This document shows positions 57,585-64,000 of a stretch of 64,000 nucleotides of DNA, piece after piece (within the stretch, counting starts at the first letter, position 1; every line of letters begins with the position of its first letter). Source of the DNA: Candidatus Binatia bacterium. GTDB taxonomy: Bacteria; Desulfobacterota; Binatia; Bin18. A program made the translations under genes and the position numbers. The notes beneath the pieces are model-generated. The model had not been told where the DNA came from. It did no database searches and saw nothing but the letters and a program-made list of their open reading frames with translations. Location: positions 3,584,001 through 3,648,000 of the forward strand of contig OY761159.2 in the NCBI GenBank assembly GCA_963664395.2. Direction: 5' to 3'.

Positions 57585-57789
57585 ACGACCCTCCTATTGC
57601 TGCTGTTATTGCTGCTGTGTTCGATTGTATTCCTTTCCCATACCGAGAATCCCCAAAAAATACTAGTTGGCAAAAATCCTGAGACACACGCTCCTGGTGT
57701 GAGGATATCGCCCGGAGTGCTCTAGTCCTCCAGCCGCAGAACTGGTAAGGGAAGCGACAGGCTGTATTGGAAGACAAGGAGTTTTGCGC

Positions 57790-57972
57790 ATGCTTGGGGC
57801 ATTATTAGGAATTGGTGTTGGGGCTGTCGTGCTTGTCGGGACTTGGTCTGCTTCGAGTCTTGGGGAGGGTCATGTTTCAACAGGGGCAATGACGTTAGGG
57901 ATATTAGGCGCGATTATGGTTACCGTGCTGGTCTCCGTCCTTGCCAATGCCAGCCATCAAGAGCCGGAGTAA
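57790..57972 (+). CDS. Small hypothetical membrane protein (2 TM)
   Basis: Two hydrophobic segments; AAGGAG SD. Confidence 0.55.
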   Translation: MLGALLGIGVGAVVLVGTWSASSLGEGHVSTGAMTLGILGAIMVTVLVSVLANASHQEPE

Positions 57973-58172
57973 GGGGTGTCACGGGTCCCTTTCCGATAAG
58001 CCTTTGTTTTTGCTTTGCGTGAAATCGGTCCGTTCAAACATGGCTCGTCCATCCATGCGAGGGCCTCTGCCGCACTCGTAAATCGCTTGGCAGCGCTTGG
58101 GCCTGTCTGTCGCCTGATCTTTTTCAGCCCTCCGAATCTTTTCCTGCGTATCTGCGTGTTCATGGATTTCAT
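57957..58172 (-). CDS. Small basic hypothetical protein (uncertain)
   Basis: 71-aa Lys/Arg-rich ORF filling the gap before the tRNA; weak SD. Confidence 0.3.
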   Translation of the reverse strand: MKSMNTQIRRKRFGGLKKIRRQTGPSAAKRFTSAAEALAWMDEPCLNGPISRKAKTKAYRKGTRDTPYSGS

Positions 58173-58291
58173 GGCTGCTCTTCAGGCGGATAAAGTTTTG
58201 ATACCTGCGATAGGGAAGGGTGACCTCGGCTAGCTTGTCTCCGGGATTGACAGGCGAACAGGGGGACGGGTAAGTACTTCACGTACTTTGC

Positions 58292-58375
<84 letters not shown>

Positions 58376-58383
58376 TAAGTCAC

Positions 58384-58418
58384 GGGGCTTTTCTCAACAA
58401 AGAGGGAAGCCCCTTTTT
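58384..58418 (+). terminator. Intrinsic terminator after tRNA-Leu
   Basis: GGGGCTTTTCTC...GAGGGAAGCCCC followed by TTTTT. Confidence 0.75.
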
Positions 58419-58485
58419 ACTGGGATTCTGTTACAACAGACCTCTTATCTCATAAAGCGAGTCTGCTTCCCCAAGGAGAGAGCTG

Positions 58486-61400
58486 ATGCCAAACGAACTG
58501 GCAACCCAATACGACCCGGCCGGACTGGAAAAAACGATCATACAGCGCTGGGCCGAGACCAAGCCCTTTGCGGCTACGCCGGACGACAACGCTCAACGCT
58601 ATGTGATCATGATGCCGCTGCCCAATGTCACCGGCGCGCTGCACATGGGGCACGCCATGGACAACGTCATGCAGGATATGCTGACACGCTGGCATCGCAT
58701 GATGGGGGATAACGCGTTGTGGATGGCGGGGACGGATCATGCCGGCATCGCCACGCAGGCCGTTGTGGAAAAGCGCCTGTTCGAGCTGGAAGGCAAAACG
58801 CGCCATGACGTTGGCCGCGAGGCCCTGGTGGAACGCATCTGGGACTGGAAAGAGCAATACCAGGCCCGCATTGTCAGCCAACAACAGGCCATGGGCTGTT
58901 CGTGCGACTGGGACCGCCAGCGCTTTACCATGGATACCGTCTGTGCGCGGGCCGTGCAGTGGACGTTCTTTCATCTGTTCCGTGACGGACTTATTTTTCG
59001 TGGTACCCGCCTGGTCAACTGGGACTGTCATTTGCAAACCGCAGTCGCGGATGACGAGATTGTGTATGAAACCACACAGGGGCATTTCTGGCATCTGCGC
59101 TATCCCATCATTGATCCTCAGCCGGGCGAACCGGAATACGTTGTGGTCGCTACGACGCGGCCTGAAACCATGCTGGGCGATACCGCGGTGGCCTGCCATC
59201 CCGACCCGCGCGGAACGCTGGAAGCACTCATTCGCAAAACCCAGGAGCGCCTGACCCGCGCCGGCCAAAAAGAACGCGCCGAATTGGAAGCAGAGATTGC
59301 TCGGCTTGAAAAACGCCGTGACTCGCACCTGCCGCAACTTGAACGGCTCGCCGCCATGGCCAAAGCTGGTCGTATGGTTCGACTGCCGCTCCTGGAGCGC
59401 CCGATGCCGCTCATCTGCGACGAATGGGCAAAACCAGAATTAGGCAGTGGCTGTGTGAAAATCACCCCAGGCCATGACCCCAATGACTACGAGGTATGGG
59501 GCCGCCACACAGAAGAGATCGGTATTATTAATATTCTTCGCGTTGATGGTTCTTTGAACGACAGTGCCGGGTTGTACCAAGGACTTGACCGTTTTGAGGC
59601 ACGAGACAAGGTTATTCAGGATCTGGAGGCTCAAGGCTTACTCGAAGCCATTGAGGATCGAGAGATCGAAATCGGCCACTCAGACCGATCCAAGACGCCG
59701 GTTGAGCCGTATCTGTCGGAGCAGTGGTTCGTGCGCATGGGTGATGTGGACGGTGGGGTGGTGTGTGGCCGGGGGACAGACAATGAATTTGTTGCACCCG
59801 GATTAGCCCAGGCCGCCCTTGACGCTGCCGAAGGTATATGGCGCTCGCCCACGGGCAAGAGCGTTTCTTTTCACCCGGACATTCGTTACCGTAATACCTA
59901 TATCAGTTGGCTCTCAGAGAAGCGTGACTGGTGTATCAGCCGTCAGCTCTGGTGGGGACATCAGATCCCGATCTGGTCAGGGAGCTTCCAAGGCCGGGCG
60001 TTGCAGGAACAACTCGCCTGGCTCGCACCGTATTTGAAGCGTGAGGATGTTGTCGCCCGCTTACAGACGAGTGACACGAACGAACTCCTCAATTCCGCTA
60101 CGTTGGCTAGTATAGCCCGACAGATTGCCGACGCTATGCAGGAGCAAATCCAAGGAAAAATTTTGGTGTGTTTGCGTGAGTCGCCTCTCCAAGAGGACGT
60201 TGTGAGAGACCTGGAAGCAGCCGGTTTTGTCCGTGACCCCGATGTGCTGGATACCTGGTTTTCGAGCGGATTGTGGCCGCATAGCACCTTGGGCTGGCCC
60301 GCTCCCAACACCGCGGCAGTCGAAGCGGGTCAATCGCCTTTAGGGAAACTCAACGGCTCTCAGGATTGCCTCTCATATTACTATCCAGGCTCGTGCCTCG
60401 TGACCGGGCGCGACATCATTACCCTATGGGTCGCCCGCATGGTCCTCATGGGCCTGTATAACCTGGGTGACGTGCCGTTCACCGATGTCTTTATCCACGC
60501 CACGATTTTGGATGGGAAAGGCGAACGGATGAGTAAATCGAAAGGCAATGGCATTGATCCGGTGGATATTATCGAACGCTACGGCTGTGATGCCATGCGG
60601 TATGTCCTGTGTGAGATGCAAACCGGCTCGCAGGACATTCGCCTGCCCGTTCAAGCCATATCGCCGTTTAGCAATGAACCCGTAGACCTGGCAAAAGCCA
60701 AGCATGGCAACAGTATTTTTACCTACGTCTGCCCCAAAACCGGCAAAGAATTTGATGTGCTCGGCACCATGCCGGACATCCCTTCGGCCAAGCTGATCAG
60801 CGAACGCTTTGAGGTTGGCCGCCACTTCTGTAACAAGCTGTGGAACGCGGTGCGGTTTGCGTTGCTGAATCTTGAGCAGGCATCTTTTGTGGAACGGAAG
60901 CCGGCTGAACTGTCGTTCGAAGATCGTTGGATATTATCGCGCCTGACGCGGGCAATCGCCGAAGTGCAACAACAGCTTGAAACCTATAATCCGTCTGCTG
61001 CCATCTCGACTGCGCGTGACTTTTTCTGGTCAGAACTGTGCGATTGGTATCTGGAAATGATCAAGCCGCGCCTGCGCCAGGCAGGCGAAGGGGACAGCGC
61101 CCGACAAGTCCTGGCCTTCTGCATTGATCAGACTCTGCGGCTGTTTCATCCGTTCATTCCTTTTGTGACCGACTTTTTATGGCAACAACTGAATGCACAT
61201 GCCGCCCCGCGCGGGATTGAGAGCCAGCTTCAGACGCCCGACACGATATCCCGCGCGCCGTGGCCACAGCCGAATACGAACTGGCAAAATGAGCAACTGG
61301 AACAACAGGTAGACTTTTTACAGAGCGTCATTCGGGCCATTCGCGATATTCGCAGCCAGTACACGGTGCCGCCGAAACAGCGGGTGCAGGTACGCATCAA

Positions 61401-61761
61401 AACCGTGGACCAAGCGCCGGATATTCTGAACAAGGGACTGATCCATATTCAAGGTCTGGCCGGGGTTGAGTCGGTTGAGATGGCCGCGGATGCCGAGCGG
61501 ACGCGCGATTCCGCCACTGCGGTTGTGGGCGATCTTGAGATTTACGTGCTGGGGGTCATCGATGTGGAGAAAGAACGGGCGCGTTTGAACGGACAGATCA
61601 AGAAATTGAACGGCGTGCTTGAGGGCGTGCGGAAAAAGCTCGGTAACGAGAAATTCCTGTCACGGGCAAACCCCGAAGTGGTTGTAAAGGAGCGCTCCAA
61701 GCTGGCCGACATGGAGTCGCAGTTAGGGACGCTCAACGAGAATCTTGCCGCGTTGGGGTAA
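58486..61761 (+). CDS. valS: Valine--tRNA ligase (long form with insertions)
   Basis: PNVTG.LHMGH, GTDHAGIATQ, ATTRPETMLGD, DWCISRQLWWGH.IP, DVLDTWFSS, RMSKSKGN, C-terminal coiled coil. Confidence 0.97.
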   Translation: MPNELATQYDPAGLEKTIIQRWAETKPFAATPDDNAQRYVIMMPLPNVTGALHMGHAMDNVMQDMLTRWHRMMGDNALWMAGTDHAGIATQAVVEKRLFELEGKTRHDVGREALVERIWDWKEQYQARIVSQQQAMGCSCDWDRQRFTMDTVCARAVQWTFFHLFRDGLIFRGTRLVNWDCHLQTAVADDEIVYETTQGHFWHLRYPIIDPQPGEPEYVVVATTRPETMLGDTAVACHPDPRGTLEALIRKTQERLTRAGQKERAELEAEIARLEKRRDSHLPQLERLAAMAKAGRMVRLPLLERPMPLICDEWAKPELGSGCVKITPGHDPNDYEVWGRHTEEIGIINILRVDGSLNDSAGLYQGLDRFEARDKVIQDLEAQGLLEAIEDREIEIGHSDRSKTPVEPYLSEQWFVRMGDVDGGVVCGRGTDNEFVAPGLAQAALDAAEGIWRSPTGKSVSFHPDIRYRNTYISWLSEKRDWCISRQLWWGHQIPIWSGSFQGRALQEQLAWLAPYLKREDVVARLQTSDTNELLNSATLASIARQIADAMQEQIQGKILVCLRESPLQEDVVRDLEAAGFVRDPDVLDTWFSSGLWPHSTLGWPAPNTAAVEAGQSPLGKLNGSQDCLSYYYPGSCLVTGRDIITLWVARMVLMGLYNLGDVPFTDVFIHATILDGKGERMSKSKGNGIDPVDIIERYGCDAMRYVLCEMQTGSQDIRLPVQAISPFSNEPVDLAKAKHGNSIFTYVCPKTGKEFDVLGTMPDIPSAKLISERFEVGRHFCNKLWNAVRFALLNLEQASFVERKPAELSFEDRWILSRLTRAIAEVQQQLETYNPSAAISTARDFFWSELCDWYLEMIKPRLRQAGEGDSARQVLAFCIDQTLRLFHPFIPFVTDFLWQQLNAHAAPRGIESQLQTPDTISRAPWPQPNTNWQNEQLEQQVDFLQSVIRAIRDIRSQYTVPPKQRVQVRIKTVDQAPDILNKGLIHIQGLAGVESVEMAADAERTRDSATAVVGDLEIYVLGVIDVEKERARLNGQIKKLNGVLEGVRKKLGNEKFLSRANPEVVVKERSKLADMESQLGTLNENLAALG

Positions 61762-61765
61762 GCGC

Positions 61766-61794
61766 TTGACGCCCCGGAGAGGGCTTTATAGGCT
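61766..61794 (+). promoter_or_regulatory. Putative sigma70 promoter of the TA operon
   Basis: TTGACG, 17 bp spacer, TAGGCT. Confidence 0.55.
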
Positions 61795-61853
61795 ACTGGG
61801 GCAACATGGTCATCCAGCAGCAGGTGGACCGGTAAAAACCATGAGGAACTCCA

Positions 61854-62048
61854 ATGACTCCACAATTTCTTGTTGACGCGGACGGGCACAGGACCGCCGT
61901 CGTTTTACCGCTTCAGGACTTCCGGGCACTGGTCGAGCGCTTGGAAGAGTTGGAGGACCTGCGGCTCATTGAAGAACGAAAAAATGAGCCGACCATTCCC
62001 ATTTCCTCCCTGGAGGACCTGCTAGCCGATGTTGAAGCTGGCGATTAA
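61854..62048 (+). CDS. Type II antitoxin (RelE partner)
   Basis: 64 aa, acidic; VD..G.RTAVVLP..DF..L.E.LEELEDL...ER..EPT; overlaps the toxin start. Confidence 0.8.
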   Translation: MTPQFLVDADGHRTAVVLPLQDFRALVERLEELEDLRLIEERKNEPTIPISSLEDLLADVEAGD

Positions 62049-62286
62049 ACGCGGTGTTTTGAAAGACCTGGGTTCGTTGCCGAAAGATGTCAGAGGCTGT
62101 GCCGCGCTCTCGATACTCGAACTGGCTACGTCGCCTTCGCCACAAGGGGTTGAAAAGTTGAAAGGATACGAACGGCTGTATCGTATCCGTGTTGGCGATT
62201 ACCGTATTGTCTACGAAATCGCCGGAGAAGACGTGACAATTGTTGCCGTCAGTCATAGGAAAGACGTTTATCGCGATCTTCAATAG
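62029..62286 (+). CDS. relE: Type II toxin, RelE/ParE family
   Basis: P.PQGVEKLKG...LYRIRVGDYRIVYEI...IVAV.HRKDVYR. Confidence 0.9.
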   Translation: MLKLAIKRGVLKDLGSLPKDVRGCAALSILELATSPSPQGVEKLKGYERLYRIRVGDYRIVYEIAGEDVTIVAVSHRKDVYRDLQ

Positions 62287-62448
62287 CTGCCGTTGATCGG
62301 AAGATGCGTTGCCGTCTGCTTGTGGTAGCCTGGAAAGCCGTTGTCACGAGGTCGGGGCCTCTCTGCTAAACAGATCGTTCTGGTGATTATCTGGATCGCG
62401 ATCTGCCCTATCTTGCCTTCATCACGCTCTCTTCGTAATTGGTAAAAG

Positions 62449-64000
62449 ATGTCTCGCAAGGAATATAATTGGAAGCGGTTCTGGTCCCCAAGGGGAGAGT
62501 CTATCAACCTCTCTTATGATGGGTATTTACCAAATCCCGATGACAAATGGGATCAGTACAACAACCCCAATGTTGTTCCCTTTGATGCCATATCAGAGAC
62601 TCCATGTCTGGCTCTTCTTGGGGAGCCGGGTATTGGGAAAAGCTACACTCTGGAATCCGTACAAAAGGCTATGGAAGTCCAGGTTGCGGAGGGCGATGTT
62701 AGGCCGCTGATCCTGAACCTCCGCTCCTATGGCAATGAAGACAGATTGGTCCGAGACCTCTTTGAAAGCGGAACCGTCAGAGATTGGCAGAATGGCGATT
62801 ATCGACTGTATATTTTTCTTGACAGCCTTGATGAATGCCTTTTACGAATCGATACCGTCGCAGCTCTTCTCGTTGACAAACTAAAAAAGCTTCCCGTCCA
62901 TCGCCTGTCTCTCCGTATTGCCTGCCGGACCGCAGATTGGCCAAACAATCTCGAAGAAGGGTTAAAGGAATTATGGGGAGAGGAGGATTTTCGAGCATAC
63001 GAGCTAGATCCCCTCCGAAAGCAAGATGTTATTGAGGCCGTGCAAGCAAATAGCTTGGACTCAGAAGCATTCATGGAAGCGGTTTCCGCAGCCGCAGCGG
63101 TTCCTTTTGCAATAAAACCTGTCACCCTAGAATTTCTTATCAACACATACCGTCGCCGTAAGCAGCTTCCTTCTTCTCAAGCAGAACTATACCTCGAAGG
63201 CTGCCGTTGTCTCTGTGAGGAGACAAACGAAGACCGTCGTACTGCTGGCCGTACTGGCGTTCTTTCTACCGGCTGGCGACTCGTAATTGCTGCCCGCATA
63301 GCGGCAGTAACTCTACTCTCCAACAGGGACGCAATCTGGAAAGGACTCGATATCGGCGAAGTGCCGGATGAAGATATAATCCTGAGGAAGTTGGCTGGTG
63401 GAACCGAGCAAGTTAATGAGACAGCATTTCAAGTAACTGAGGCACACATTCGGGAAGTATTGGACACGGGTCTTTTCTCCGCACATGGTCCGCAGCGTAT
63501 GGGCTGGGCGCATCAGACCTACGCGGAATATCTTGCTGCGCGTTATCTCCACAGCAAGATGACGAATGACCAAATCATGAGTTTGCTGACTCATCCCGAT
63601 GATCGTGAAGGACGGCTAGTTCCTCAACTGCGTTCAACCGCCGCTTGGCTGGTGAACTTGGAACCGGGTCGTTTTTTCCAAGACCTCATGAAAGCCGACG
63701 CCGAGGTCTTGCTCTATTGTGATCTGTCTACAGTGAGTGAAGGGAATAAGAGGGCGCTCGTTGATACTCTCCTATCACTCTACGATGAGGAGAAGCTGCT
63801 TGATGACGATTGGGGATTGTATGAACAATACGAAAAGCTGAATCACCCTGATCTGGCCGATCAACTCAAGCCCTATATTTGTGACCCAACCAAAGGATTC
63901 CTTGTTCGGAGAGTGGCAATCAACATTGCTGAATCGTGTAAGCTGCAAACACTCCAAGATGATCTGCTTGGGGTCGCGCTTGACAACTCTCAGCGCTTAG
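62449..64000 (+). CDS. NACHT/STAND NTPase (partial, runs off the window; missing from the ORF track)
   Basis: Manual translation from ATG 62449 is open to the window end: Walker A GEPGIGKS (62620-62643), Walker B LYIFLDSLDE, sensor IACR, KPVTL, winged-helix WAHQTYAEYLAA, then helical HEAT-like sequence. Confidence 0.88.
   Translation, partial: MSRKEYNWKRFWSPRGESINLSYDGYLPNPDDKWDQYNNPNVVPFDAISETPCLALLGEPGIGKSYTLESVQKAMEVQVAEGDVRPLILNLRSYGNEDRLVRDLFESGTVRDWQNGDYRLYIFLDSLDECLLRIDTVAALLVDKLKKLPVHRLSLRIACRTADWPNNLEEGLKELWGEEDFRAYELDPLRKQDVIEAVQANSLDSEAFMEAVSAAAAVPFAIKPVTLEFLINTYRRRKQLPSSQAELYLEGCRCLCEETNEDRRTAGRTGVLSTGWRLVIAARIAAVTLLSNRDAIWKGLDIGEVPDEDIILRKLAGGTEQVNETAFQVTEAHIREVLDTGLFSAHGPQRMGWAHQTYAEYLAARYLHSKMTNDQIMSLLTHPDDREGRLVPQLRSTAAWLVNLEPGRFFQDLMKADAEVLLYCDLSTVSEGNKRALVDTLLSLYDEEKLLDDDWGLYEQYEKLNHPDLADQLKPYICDPTKGFLVRRVAINIAESCKLQTLQDDLLGVALDNSQRL

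Noticed and set aside
58450-59337. 295-aa antisense ORF over valS
   Set aside because: Antisense shadow with no independent motifs
62280-63957. Short track ORFs at the right end suggesting a decayed region
   Set aside because: Most are alternative frames or antisense of one uninterrupted NACHT ORF that the track missed because it has no stop in the window

Overview
GC-rich bacterial chromosome segment. The gene content (DUF1329, TIGR03617-type F420 LLM, several crotonases, core MetE, DUF35/thiolase pair) resembles Binatia/Deltaproteobacteria-like lineages; this taxonomic guess is an inference. It carries about 63 CDS: tamA-tamB, clpB, folD, ispG, coaE, ribE, pcs, mltA, truA, valS, an acyl-CoA catabolic cluster and many single accessory enzymes, plus one tRNA-Leu(CAG). 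At the right end are a RelE-type toxin-antitoxin pair and a NACHT/STAND NTPase gene that runs off the window and is absent from the ORF track. The strongest hidden signal is a peroxiredoxin gene split in the ORF track that is very probably one exported selenoprotein (in-frame TGA at the peroxidatic site plus a SECIS-like hairpin). Other notable signals: a three-hairpin, SD-sequestering leader before a KamA-like radical SAM gene; pervasive 9-16 bp tandem duplications that keep frame inside genes; four families of REP-like palindromes; a FolD lacking the cyclohydrolase lysine; a close bacterial homolog of animal BPHL; and a CblC-like/Fe-S protein. All product calls come from motif recognition by eye; no database search was run.
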